This document shows positions 9,800 through 19,080 of a stretch of DNA of 64,000 nt, piece after piece. This DNA comes from a virus. Position 1 is the first letter of the stretch; the number at the start of each line of letters is the position of its first letter. The stretch covers positions 64,001 through 128,000 of IMG/VR virus record IMGVR_UViG_3300044998_001357. The stretch is one strand, 5' to 3'. The notes below the pieces were generated by a model that made no database searches, was not told the origin of the DNA, and saw only the letters and a program-made list of their open reading frames with translations. The position numbers were made by a program, and so were the translations under genes.

Positions 9800-10952
9800 T
9801 CCCTATTTCGATTCTGACCGCCTTAGTGTTCTTCAGCGTCTTTTGTCCTTTCGAATCGACGACCTTCTGCGCGAACTGGGGGTTGACGGCTACAAGACAC
9901 GCAAGTTGTTTATTGGGTGCTGTCCCGTCCATGGCGGAGACAACCCCAGTGCGCTGAATTTGTATCTAGATGGAGAAGTTGCTCCGGGTCTGTGGCGATG
10001 CAATACACGAAAATGCCACGACCACTTCAAGCGGAGTCTCTTGGGTTTTGTACGTGGCGTGTTAAGTCGGCGTCATCACGCCTGGTCACGCCCGGGAGAC
10101 AAGCTGTACGGCTGGAAGGAAACCATCGATTGGTGCTGTCGCTTTCTGGAGTGCGATTATCTGAAGCTGGAGATTAACCGCGAGGAACTGGAAAAACGAC
10201 GTTTTGCCGAGGGGGTGTCTTCCATCACCCGCAATCCCGACCACAATCGGCATCCGGGCTGGTCTCGGCAGGAAGTGCGAAAAACACTGCAGATACCATC
10301 GTCTTACTACCTCCAGCGAGGTTACTCGGCCGAGGTTCTTAACCGCTACGACGTGGGAGATTATCTCCATCCCAACCGGCCCTTATATGGTCGGGCCGTG
10401 GTGCCGGTTTACGAGCAGTCTCACCTTTCGGCCGTTGGTTTTACCGGCCGTTCGCTCTATGAGCAGTGCCCCAACTGTTCGCGCTGGCATTCACCGGATT
10501 CTCCCTGCCCGACCAGGCAAGACCGGGTTCGCTGGGGACAATCGAGCAAGTGGTACAATCACAACCTCAACAAAGACGGTTATCTATATAATTACTGGTT
10601 TGCTCATAAATCGATACGCGAGCTCGGAAGCGCGATTATTGTCGAGGGGCCTGGTGATGTCTGGAGACTGGTCGAGGCCGGGTTGACCAACGTGGTGGGT
10701 CTTTTTGGTTCGGACCTGTCTGACGAGCAGCAGGTATGGCTAGAGATGTCCGGAGCGTTGAATTTGATTATACTAACAGATAACGATATAGCAGGCATGG
10801 AGGCAAAAGCAATGCTTCAAAAACGGTTGTGTCGGTCGTTTCGTCTTCATTTTCCCAGGCTGACTTCTAAGGACGTGGGTGAGATGCCGGTCGAGCGAAT
10901 TCAGAGCGACTTGATGCCTCACATTCAGCCGTTATTGTTGGGACGACCATAG
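9762..10952 (+). CDS. dnaG: DnaG-type primase
   Basis: Zn-binding CPVH...WRCNTRKC, GFTGR, TOPRIM VEGPGD and DND. Confidence 0.88.
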   Translation: MKHNQTRPSSPTNPYFDSDRLSVLQRLLSFRIDDLLRELGVDGYKTRKLFIGCCPVHGGDNPSALNLYLDGEVAPGLWRCNTRKCHDHFKRSLLGFVRGVLSRRHHAWSRPGDKLYGWKETIDWCCRFLECDYLKLEINREELEKRRFAEGVSSITRNPDHNRHPGWSRQEVRKTLQIPSSYYLQRGYSAEVLNRYDVGDYLHPNRPLYGRAVVPVYEQSHLSAVGFTGRSLYEQCPNCSRWHSPDSPCPTRQDRVRWGQSSKWYNHNLNKDGYLYNYWFAHKSIRELGSAIIVEGPGDVWRLVEAGLTNVVGLFGSDLSDEQQVWLEMSGALNLIILTDNDIAGMEAKAMLQKRLCRSFRLHFPRLTSKDVGEMPVERIQSDLMPHIQPLLLGRP

Positions 10953-10965
10953 AAGGAGAGACACA

Positions 10966-11466
10966 ATGAAGAAGCTACTAATCGTTGGTCATGGTCGTGC
11001 CGGCAAGGATACTGCGTGTGAGTATCTTTCACAGATTACCTCGTTACGAAATGCGGGCACCACGAGCAAGTACCTGTGCAAGCATGTTGCACAAGCCCTG
11101 GGACTTTCCGAGGAGGAAGCCTATCGTCGTCGCCACGAGAGCAACGAGATGCGTCAGACCTGGTTTAAGATTGGTAATCAGGTGCGCGAAAATAGTCCGA
11201 CCACTTTACTGCGCGAGGCTTTGATGCATGGCGAGATTACCGGTGGGGTTCGCGATATCGCTGAGATTGTCGGTGCGCGAGAGGAGAAGCTGGTTGACCT
11301 GATTATCTGGGTTGAGAATCGTCGTGTGCCGCCAGACCCCACGGTTACCTTTGGGGTAGAAGAATGCGATATTGTGATTCCCAACCACGGTAGCCTGGAC
11401 GAATTTTATTATCGGCTCTGGCGTCTTGCACAGTTCGCCAATCTTCCAGGAGTCAAGCCATTATAA
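10966..11466 (+). CDS. P-loop kinase, deoxynucleotide monophosphate kinase-like
   Basis: LLIVGHGRAGKDT, GVRD..E, DIVIPNHGSL. Confidence 0.7.
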   Translation: MKKLLIVGHGRAGKDTACEYLSQITSLRNAGTTSKYLCKHVAQALGLSEEEAYRRRHESNEMRQTWFKIGNQVRENSPTTLLREALMHGEITGGVRDIAEIVGAREEKLVDLIIWVENRRVPPDPTVTFGVEECDIVIPNHGSLDEFYYRLWRLAQFANLPGVKPL

Positions 11467-12524
11467 TTACCTTTTTTCGTTCGTCGAGCTTTAATACTTG
11501 GAGCTTTTGTCAGTTCCAATATTACTTAACGTATGTTTTAGGATTGAAGCCAGACAACGAGAACGGCTGGAAAATACCTAGCCCCCAGAAAAAGGCGGAT
11601 AAGGGCTCCATTGTTCACAAGGTTCTAGAACTGCTTGCTTCCAAAAAGTTGGCCCTACAGGAGGGTAAACCAACCTTTGGCAACGACGAGGTCCGAAAGA
11701 CCTGGGACGCCAACTCTTTTGATGTGGAAGACGCCATTGATGTTGCGTGGCATCATTATACCCAGACGCTACCTACTCCTTTTGAGTGGACGCATCTGGA
11801 CTACAAAGATGTCCGCAAGTGGACTTTTGCCGCCATGGAGTTTTCTAATGGACTATTTAACCCCCTGAACCGGACCATTATTCGCCCCGAACAGTACTTC
11901 GATTTTACCATCCGGGAGCCGTGGGCACACTACCGATTCGAAACTCCCAACGGAGAGAAAATCGAGGGTTATCTGGGCCTTAAGGGGGCCATAGACTTGA
12001 CGGTGGCGGTGGATGGCTCTGTGGATACGATAGAGCTCATCGACTGGAAAACGGGCATGCGTAAAGATTGGGCCTCGGGGCAGCCCAAGGACTGGAAGAA
12101 GCTCAGGCGAGACCCACAGCTTCGACTGTATCACTACGCACTATCACGACTGTATCCCGATGTAAAATACATCATTATCACCATTGTCTGGCTCCAGGAC
12201 GGTGGACCGTTCTCGCTCGATTTTGGTCCTCAAGACCTCGTCGAAACCGAAAAGATGATTAGGGAAAGATTCAATCATATCCGGGAGTGCGAGCGACCCA
12301 GGCGTATTCGGCAGGACGCGGTCAACCGGTGGAAGTGCGAACGACTTTGCGTGTTTGGCCTCAATAACTGGCAAAACACCGGTACGGCGGTTTGTGACCA
12401 CATCCACGAGGAGTTGTTACAAATCGGCCTGGATAAGGCAACGCTGAGGTTTGGCAAGAAGGACGCATACCGCTCCTACGGTGGGGGTGGTGGTGTGACT
12501 AACCGAGAAAAAGAGGGTGTCTAA
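11460..12524 (+). CDS. Cas4/AddB-like PD-(D/E)XK exonuclease with Fe-S cysteines (probable ATT start)
   Basis: GSIVHKVLE, GAIDL, IDWKTG, QLRLY; N-terminal Cys plus C-terminal Cys cluster; AGGAG 7 nt before ATT 11460. Confidence 0.85.
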   Translation: MIITFFRSSSFNTWSFCQFQYYLTYVLGLKPDNENGWKIPSPQKKADKGSIVHKVLELLASKKLALQEGKPTFGNDEVRKTWDANSFDVEDAIDVAWHHYTQTLPTPFEWTHLDYKDVRKWTFAAMEFSNGLFNPLNRTIIRPEQYFDFTIREPWAHYRFETPNGEKIEGYLGLKGAIDLTVAVDGSVDTIELIDWKTGMRKDWASGQPKDWKKLRRDPQLRLYHYALSRLYPDVKYIIITIVWLQDGGPFSLDFGPQDLVETEKMIRERFNHIRECERPRRIRQDAVNRWKCERLCVFGLNNWQNTGTAVCDHIHEELLQIGLDKATLRFGKKDAYRSYGGGGGVTNREKEGV

Positions 12525-13174
12525 TGGAACAGGTTCTGGTTATCCCGAGTTCAGAAATTTCGCCGTGGATGTTTTCCAAGCTCGAAAAGGGCATCTCTTC
12601 AGATGTCAACCTGCTGTTTGAGTTTGACGGCATCTTCAACACAAACAAGATGCGGTTTATGAACCGGGATGAGGCCGAGAAAGACGAGAATTACAAACAG
12701 TTGATTCCCTACTGCGTTCTGGCAAACCATGATGGGAAAGTTTTTGCCTATCAGCGCACCAAAAAGGGGGGTGAATCCCGGCTGCATCATCACTGGAGCG
12801 TCGGGATTGGGGGACATATCAATCCCGAGGATGCCGACAGTAACGCTTCGGACTGGTCGTATCGTCGCGGGATGATTCGCGAACTCAAGGAAGAGACCGG
12901 AATTGATTTGATGGCTCTTCCGGCGAATAAGCGGATTCTGTCAGAAATTTGGCGCGCGGTCATCTATGATTCTTCCAATCCGGTGGGGCGGGTTCATCTG
13001 GGTTTTGTTCATCTGGTGTATCTACCTAAGCAGCTAACGATTCAGTCTCCGGACCCGGCCATCGCTAATGGGTGTTGGTTGAGCAAAGAAGAGGTCTTGT
13101 CCGACCTCTCCCGGTTTGAGAACTGGTCACGCCTTATTTTGGAGGGCGACCTCTTATGGACATGGCTTTCTTGA
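12524..13174 (+). CDS. Nudix hydrolase
   Basis: KQLIPY, GIGGHIN...RELKEETG Nudix box, VGRVHLG. Confidence 0.85.
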   Translation: MEQVLVIPSSEISPWMFSKLEKGISSDVNLLFEFDGIFNTNKMRFMNRDEAEKDENYKQLIPYCVLANHDGKVFAYQRTKKGGESRLHHHWSVGIGGHINPEDADSNASDWSYRRGMIRELKEETGIDLMALPANKRILSEIWRAVIYDSSNPVGRVHLGFVHLVYLPKQLTIQSPDPAIANGCWLSKEEVLSDLSRFENWSRLILEGDLLWTWLS

Positions 13175-13350
13175 CGAAGTTGGTTCTTATCGTCACGATT
13201 GTTCTGCTGATTCTTTACAATCTAGTGGTATTGTATATCGCAGGACCAGATGCCACAATCAGTCGAGTAGCTTACCAAGCTGCACAGGAAAATCCTTTTC
13301 TTGTTTTTGCTCTTGGGTTCATTCTTGGTCACATCTTATGGCCACTGTAA
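13156..13350 (+). CDS. Small membrane protein (2 TM)
   Basis: Two hydrophobic stretches, GGAGG RBS. Confidence 0.65.
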   Translation: MDMAFLTKLVLIVTIVLLILYNLVVLYIAGPDATISRVAYQAAQENPFLVFALGFILGHILWPL

Positions 13351-13403
13351 ACTGGGCATAGCCCTGGCGGTAATGCCAGGGTTCTCCAGGTGCCCTGATT
13401 TCA

Positions 13404-13472
13404 CGGGGACGGACCGGAGTCCAGCAGAGTCTTCTAAACTCAGCATGCGGGGTTCGACACCCCGGTTCCCGG
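13404..13472 (+). tRNA. Atypical tRNA-Arg(TCT)-like element
   Basis: Acceptor CGGGGAC/GTTCCCG, anticodon arm GAGT-CTTCTAA-ACTC, T arm CGGGG-TTCGACA-CCCCG; aberrant D arm, no CCA. Confidence 0.55.
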
Positions 13473-13648
13473 CTGCCGATGCAAACGGTACGCATGAACG
13501 TGGTAGTTAGCGGTCGTTCCACGCGAGAACTCGGGCTGATACCCCAGCAGATTCGGGACGCCCTGAGGATTCGCCTGTTTCAAAGTACCACGCTCTAGAC
13601 AGCGACCAATCCCATGATACCCTCCTGGCACCAATAGGAGGTAGTTTG

Positions 13649-15589
13649 ATGTCCTGGTTTCCGTTACACTGCCACTCTCATTTTTCCTTGCTGGATGGTC
13701 TATCGAAGCCGGAGCAAATTGCTCAACGAATCGAGGAATGCGGCTACGAAGGGTCAGCTCTTACCGACCATGGTACGGTGGCCGGCTGTCCCGGCTTTCT
13801 GAAGGTGATGCAAAAAAAGAAGAAGAAGGCCATTCTGGGTTGTGAATTCTACATCTGCCGGAACGACGCTACCCAGCGAACAGCGGAAAATGCCTCACTA
13901 AGCCATCTTTGCGTTTTGGCACGGACCAAGCAGGGTTGGAAAAATCTGATGCGTGCCTCGTCGGCGTCCTGTCGACCGGAGGTGTCGTATCGCAAGCCCC
14001 GCCTGGACCTGGAACGGCTCGCGAGCTACTCCCAAGGGCAGTTTATTGTTTTCTCCGGGCACCTGGGAAGCGACCTGGCCAATATCTGTTTCGAGCAACC
14101 CAAGGCGGCTTACAGTGTCCGCGACTACGAGTCGGCGCGGAGTCTGGTTCACAAGGATTGGAAGAATCGGGTGATGACAGAGATTCATCGCTATCAAACA
14201 CTCTTTGGCAAGGAAAATTTCTATCTGGAAATCCAGCTGGTGGACCAGAAGAACCTACCCGCCTCGTTGGTGGTCGCCCGAATTTTGCGTCACTGTGCTC
14301 AGCAGACCGGAACGCCGACCGTGGCCACGGCGGATAGTCACTACTGTCGCAAAGAAGACGCGGCTGACCAGCGTGTCTTGCTGTGTTCGGCCCTGGACAC
14401 CACCATGAAGGAAGTCTATCGCCGGCTGGAGCGAGAAGAGGATGTTCAGCTAGGTGCCTTTTTTCGTTCCAACAACTACCACATCCCCAGCCTGGAGGAA
14501 ATGCGTGACCTCCACGGCGACCACCCTGAGGAACTAGAGAACGCCTGCGAGATTGCTCGTCGCTGCGAAGATTACACCATGGGAGGCAAGCCACTGTTTC
14601 CCAGTTTTGTCTGCCCCGATGGGCTGACTCCCGACGCCTATCTGGAACAATGGTGTCGCGAGGGATGGAAAGAAAAAATTGCAGGGAAGGTTTCAAAAAC
14701 CGACCTACCCAAATACGAGGAGCGACTCTGGAACTTGGAGATGCCGGTTATTCGCGGTACCGAGGGTTTTCTGGCGAGCTACTTCTTGGTTAAGGCGGAC
14801 ATCATTCGTTATGCCAACCGCGACCTAGGAGTTATCACCGGCAAGGGGCGTGGTTCGGCCGCTGGTTGCCTGGTCTCCTACCTGACGGGTATCACCCGGG
14901 TCGACCCCATTCGCTACGACCTGATTTTTGAGCGATTCTACAACGCAGGTCGAAACTCCCCTGGACGTATCGCTCTGCCGGATATTGATTCGGACTTTCC
15001 CTTATCTGCCCGGGATAAGGTCATCCAGTACATTCGCGACAAGTACGGCTCGGACCGCGTGGCGCAGATGGTCACCTTCTCCCGCATGCAGGGTCGTGGG
15101 GCCTTAAAGGACGTTCTGCGGGCTCATGAGCGGTGCTCTTTTGATGAAATGAACCGTATCACCGAGCATATCCCCGACGAGGCGGAAATTGCCGACCAGC
15201 TACAGGAAATGCGTGAAGAAACCGGTGAAGCCAGTATTATTCAGTGGGCCTTGTTGCATAATGGCGACGCCCTGCGAGAATGGGTGACTCTCCGGGAAGA
15301 CGGCACGCTAGATGGCCCCCTGGCTCTGGATTTTGCCCAGGCAATTCGGCTGGAGGGGACCAAACGAAATATGGGCAAACACGCGTCGGGACTGATTCTC
15401 TGCTCAGAGCCTCTGGCGGACATTTGCCCGATGGTTTACGACAAGTCAACAGAAGAGATGGTTGTGGGGCTGGATATGCGTGATGCAGAGGAGGCTGGGT
15501 TGGTAAAGCTTGACCTTTTGGGTTTGCGGACACTGGAGTGTTTGAAGACCGCCACACAAATTGTTCGCACAGGGAAAATTGAAGAATGA
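13649..15589 (+). CDS. dnaE: DNA polymerase III alpha, N-terminal part (PHP + palm)
   Basis: LHCHSHFSLLDG, ALTDHG, GRGSAAG, FERF, PDIDSDF, GKHASG, KLDLLGL. Confidence 0.95.
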   Translation: MSWFPLHCHSHFSLLDGLSKPEQIAQRIEECGYEGSALTDHGTVAGCPGFLKVMQKKKKKAILGCEFYICRNDATQRTAENASLSHLCVLARTKQGWKNLMRASSASCRPEVSYRKPRLDLERLASYSQGQFIVFSGHLGSDLANICFEQPKAAYSVRDYESARSLVHKDWKNRVMTEIHRYQTLFGKENFYLEIQLVDQKNLPASLVVARILRHCAQQTGTPTVATADSHYCRKEDAADQRVLLCSALDTTMKEVYRRLEREEDVQLGAFFRSNNYHIPSLEEMRDLHGDHPEELENACEIARRCEDYTMGGKPLFPSFVCPDGLTPDAYLEQWCREGWKEKIAGKVSKTDLPKYEERLWNLEMPVIRGTEGFLASYFLVKADIIRYANRDLGVITGKGRGSAAGCLVSYLTGITRVDPIRYDLIFERFYNAGRNSPGRIALPDIDSDFPLSARDKVIQYIRDKYGSDRVAQMVTFSRMQGRGALKDVLRAHERCSFDEMNRITEHIPDEAEIADQLQEMREETGEASIIQWALLHNGDALREWVTLREDGTLDGPLALDFAQAIRLEGTKRNMGKHASGLILCSEPLADICPMVYDKSTEEMVVGLDMRDAEEAGLVKLDLLGLRTLECLKTATQIVRTGKIEE

Positions 15590-15870
15590 ACACAATCTGG
15601 ATTATTTCTCTAGGTGTACTGGTCGGAATGTGGTTCTGGTCCTTGATGACGATACTGTCGACTGGTTCTCTCGAAGAACACATCCTGGAACTGGTCGAGA
15701 AAGGTTTTGAAGTCACTCGTAATCACCAGCATATTTACAAAGATGCATACTCAAAGTACATTGTGCTCGTTTTCGATGTGAAATCAGAAGATTACACCCC
15801 GGATTGCTACAAATTTCGGGACGCAAAGCGGGCAATCAGACTTTTCATGATGCTATCTAAGGAGAACTAA
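15586..15870 (+). CDS. Hypothetical membrane-anchored protein
   Basis: N-terminal TM; ATGA overlap. Confidence 0.65.
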   Translation: MNTIWIISLGVLVGMWFWSLMTILSTGSLEEHILELVEKGFEVTRNHQHIYKDAYSKYIVLVFDVKSEDYTPDCYKFRDAKRAIRLFMMLSKEN

Positions 15871-15872
15871 AA

Positions 15873-16136
15873 ATGTACGCATGGCTCAAAAGTCTATTTT
15901 TCGGTAGCAAACCCGTGCCGGTCGAACCCGAGCAAGAGCGGGAGTTGTCGCTCATTTTTGATGCGTTTTGTGCGATTGTCGCCGAACGAGGACGAGACAA
16001 CAAGATGTTCGTCAGCTACAACTCACTTCACAAAATCATTGATAAGCAAATGTCAATTGGTTTTAGTGCTGTTGAGGACGGGTTGTGGGTTCGCGTTTTT
16101 GAAAGCGATGAATCATCGGAAGAGAATCAGATATGA
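15873..16136 (+). CDS. Hypothetical protein
   Basis: AAGGAG RBS. Confidence 0.7.
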   Translation: MYAWLKSLFFGSKPVPVEPEQERELSLIFDAFCAIVAERGRDNKMFVSYNSLHKIIDKQMSIGFSAVEDGLWVRVFESDESSEENQI

Positions 16137-16217
16137 TTGGTGTTCAACTGTGGTGTGGTTACAAGCCGGTCCTGTTTTTCTTTTGGGGGAACGGCTTGTT
16201 CACTGAGATTCTTTGTA

Positions 16218-16886
16218 ATGAACAAGGCTGATATTATCGTTTTTGACTTCGAAACAGGCGGCCTGGACCCCAATTTCCACGAAGCGATTCAGATTGCCGG
16301 TAAGGCGTATAATTGCCGCACTCTTGAACCCTACCCGGCAGAGGAGGGTGGTGAGTTCTGCTCACTGATGAAACCGCTCTACTTTGACCGTCTCAACGAT
16401 AAGGCGCTTGCGGTCAACGGTAAGACGCGCGAGATGCTAAAGGCCGCTCCCGACCAGAAGGTGGTCTGGAACCATTTTGTTGAGTGGGTCATGCGGTTCA
16501 ACAAAAACCGCAATACCTTTACCGCTCCCTTAGCAGCCGGGAAAAACATCCGGAACTTTGACCTTAAGTTTGTGGAGGTGTTGAACAGGCTACATTGCCC
16601 AAAAAAGGAAAAGACCATTCTGTTTAACCCCCGAATCCATGTGGAGCTTGAAGATATTATCTTTATGTGGTTTGAGAATGAAAAAAATCCTGAGAAGTGG
16701 AACATGGATGCGCTTCGAGACTACTTTGGGATGTCGAAGAACAATGCTCACGACGCATTGCAGGACTGTCGCGATACTGGAGAGGTTATTGTCCGCTTTT
16801 TGAAGCTTCACCGCAAGCTGCAATCAATGAAAGCAAAAGACGGAAGTCCAATGATTAAGTTTAAGGGGTCGCTAGCCAAGGCATAA
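16218..16886 (+). CDS. DEDDh 3'-5' exonuclease (DnaQ/epsilon-like)
   Basis: FDFETGG, N..FD, HDALQD. Confidence 0.9.
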   Translation: MNKADIIVFDFETGGLDPNFHEAIQIAGKAYNCRTLEPYPAEEGGEFCSLMKPLYFDRLNDKALAVNGKTREMLKAAPDQKVVWNHFVEWVMRFNKNRNTFTAPLAAGKNIRNFDLKFVEVLNRLHCPKKEKTILFNPRIHVELEDIIFMWFENEKNPEKWNMDALRDYFGMSKNNAHDALQDCRDTGEVIVRFLKLHRKLQSMKAKDGSPMIKFKGSLAKA

Positions 16887-16925
16887 TGCGATTTGTTGTA
16901 TATCTAAATTAATTTGGAGTTGGCG

Positions 16926-18584
16926 ATGCAATACTTTCAGTTTCCCTGTGGCTGTCGCTGGCCGGTGATTGGTCCCCCTGCGGTCGAAGGGGGCCTTCCC
17001 TTGCTTGATTTTGATGCCGAAAAAATCCCGGAGGACTGCTCAGCTACATGGGCGCTTCTGGGACGTGGTGAAACCAAGGGGGTTTTTCAGCTGGAAAGTC
17101 AGCTGGGAAAGGTTTGGACCAAGAAACTGGCACCAGAAAACCTTGAGCATATCACAGCCCTGGGGGCTATTCTCAGGCCGGGATGCCTCAAGGCCATGGA
17201 CAAGGACGGCATCTCCATGACGGAGCACTACTGCCTGCGCAAAAAAGGGCAGGAAGAGGTGAAGTCCTACCACCCGGCCATCGACCCCATCTTGTTTCCC
17301 ACCTACAACATTCTGGTCTACCAGGAACAGGCCATGGCCATTGCCCGGGCGGTTGCCGGCTTTGACATGCAACAGGCCGACACACTCCGGAAAGCCATCG
17401 GTAAAAAATTGCCCGAAGAAATGGTCAAATGCAAGAAGCTATTCATGGAAGGGGCGCAAAAGGCCGGAATCATCTCGCAGGAGATGGCCCAGGAGGTATT
17501 TGGTTGGATTGAGAAATCGCAAAGGTACTCCTTCAACAAATCACACGCATGTTGTTATGGGCTGACGGGTTATGAGTGTGCCTACATCAAGGCACATTTC
17601 CCGCTCGCTTTCTTTACCTCATGGCTCTACAACGCCCGGCACAAACAAGACCCCCGTCAGGAGATTGCCGAGCTTGTTTCGGATGCCAAGCTCTTCAAAA
17701 TCGAGGTGGAAGGCCCCGACCTGCGCTCCTTCGAGCAACACTTCCATACCGATGGCAAGGTGATTCGCTTTGGCATTTCCGACATCAAGGGCGTGGGGCC
17801 GTCTGGGGCAACAAAGATTCGCGAGGCCATCGAGACAGCAACCCAACGCCTGGGTAAACCGATTTCGCAGTGGACCTGGTCTGACTTTCTTTATCACTGC
17901 TCGTCATCCATCTACAGCAGTGTGATGGTTCGGCTCATTGAAGTGGGGGCTCTGCGCTGGTTGGGTCGAGCCCGACAGGAGCTTCTGGCCGACTACCGGG
18001 TGTTTAACGAACTCACCGACAAGGAGAAGGAATGGTTTACCAACCCAGGGACTCCCGACTGCTTTCTTGAGGCGCTTACTCTCGCAGCCCGGGACAAAAA
18101 GCAGGGGGGTGCCTGCAGTACCAAGAAGCGCGTGGAGGTTCTCCAGAGTCACCTCAGCATGCTCAAGAACCCGCCTAGCCGTTTATGGGATAGCCCCCAG
18201 TGGGTTGCTTACTGCGAGGAGGAACACCTGGGTTTGAGTCTTAGCTGCTCCCGGATGGATTCCTGTGATATCTCGGCAGTGAACTGCTCGCTGAGCGAGT
18301 ATATCTCGGGACGAACCGGCTTTATGGTCTTTGGGGTGGAGGTACGGGCAGTCCGAGAGATTACAACCCGCAAAGGCAAAAACCCCGGACAGAAGATGGC
18401 CTTCTTGACGCTGGCTGATAGTAGCTGCATGTTCGACGAGGTGGTGTGCTTCCCCGAAGAATGGAAGCAGTACTCCCATCTGCTAAATCAGGGAAATCTG
18501 GTGATTTTGCAAGCAGAGCGAGACCACAAGAAAGGCTCTTCGACCATGCTGGTGAAAAAAGTCTGGCAAGCAGTACAGAAGTAA
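16926..18584 (+). CDS. dnaE: DNA polymerase III alpha, C-terminal part (fingers, HhH, OB)
   Basis: GVFQLES, LRPG, VYQEQ, LRKAIGKK, YSFNKSHA, IKGVG, MAFLTLAD. Confidence 0.93.
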   Translation: MQYFQFPCGCRWPVIGPPAVEGGLPLLDFDAEKIPEDCSATWALLGRGETKGVFQLESQLGKVWTKKLAPENLEHITALGAILRPGCLKAMDKDGISMTEHYCLRKKGQEEVKSYHPAIDPILFPTYNILVYQEQAMAIARAVAGFDMQQADTLRKAIGKKLPEEMVKCKKLFMEGAQKAGIISQEMAQEVFGWIEKSQRYSFNKSHACCYGLTGYECAYIKAHFPLAFFTSWLYNARHKQDPRQEIAELVSDAKLFKIEVEGPDLRSFEQHFHTDGKVIRFGISDIKGVGPSGATKIREAIETATQRLGKPISQWTWSDFLYHCSSSIYSSVMVRLIEVGALRWLGRARQELLADYRVFNELTDKEKEWFTNPGTPDCFLEALTLAARDKKQGGACSTKKRVEVLQSHLSMLKNPPSRLWDSPQWVAYCEEEHLGLSLSCSRMDSCDISAVNCSLSEYISGRTGFMVFGVEVRAVREITTRKGKNPGQKMAFLTLADSSCMFDEVVCFPEEWKQYSHLLNQGNLVILQAERDHKKGSSTMLVKKVWQAVQK

Positions 18585-18640
18585 AGTCAGAACCGGGAGT
18601 AGAAACGTATAGTACGTAAACATCATTTGGCGGAGGTTTT

Positions 18641-19066
18641 ATGAATCAGTGTCACTTCATGGGCTATCTGACCGGCGACCCCGAGCTTCGAAATCTAAAG
18701 AACGACAAGAAAGTGGTCAGCTTCACCGTCGCGGTAAACCGCCGCTATAAACGGGGTGAAGAGACGGTCCAGGAGACCGCCTTTCTTCCCTGCGAGGCCT
18801 GGGATTCCGGGGCAACCCTGATTGTTAATAGCTTCAAGAAGGGCGACCCTATTATTGTCCATGGCAGCATCAAGCAGGACAACTGGGAAACCGCCGATGG
18901 GGAGAAGCGTTCCCGTCTGAAGCTCCGTGTGGTGAGTTTTGAATACCTGCCCCGCTCCTCGGAAAAGAACCAGAAAACCAAAAAGGAATCGGCAAAGTCT
19001 GAGTCCAAACTGGACGATGAGCCCGGCGTGTCGTTTGAGGGCGGCGAAGACGACATTCCTTTCTAA
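18641..19066 (+). CDS. ssb: Single-stranded DNA-binding protein
   Basis: G.LT.DPELR OB fold, acidic DDIPF tail. Confidence 0.95.
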   Translation: MNQCHFMGYLTGDPELRNLKNDKKVVSFTVAVNRRYKRGEETVQETAFLPCEAWDSGATLIVNSFKKGDPIIVHGSIKQDNWETADGEKRSRLKLRVVSFEYLPRSSEKNQKTKKESAKSESKLDDEPGVSFEGGEDDIPF

Positions 19067-19080
19067 TCTGGGTGGGTTTG

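Noticed and set aside
11460-12524. Cas4-like gene suggesting a CRISPR locus
   Set aside because: No repeat-spacer array or other cas genes seen; solo Cas4-like nucleases are common in phage replication modules
13431-13440. Possible amber-suppressor (CTA) anticodon and recoded genome
   Set aside because: The stem only pairs with TCT centred; TAG, TGA and TAA all terminate well-formed genes
13481-13510. GCA AAC... reading ANGTHERGS* as a tmRNA tag
   Set aside because: No hydrophobic/AA C-terminus, no G3-U70 tRNA-like domain, and no T arm before the terminal ACCA
15539-15589. CLKTATQIVRTG at the end of DnaE part 1 resembles a split-intein N-terminus
   Set aside because: It aligns with the native helix that follows KxDxLGL in DnaE, is only ~16 aa, and part 2 has no Hint block or HN/C junction
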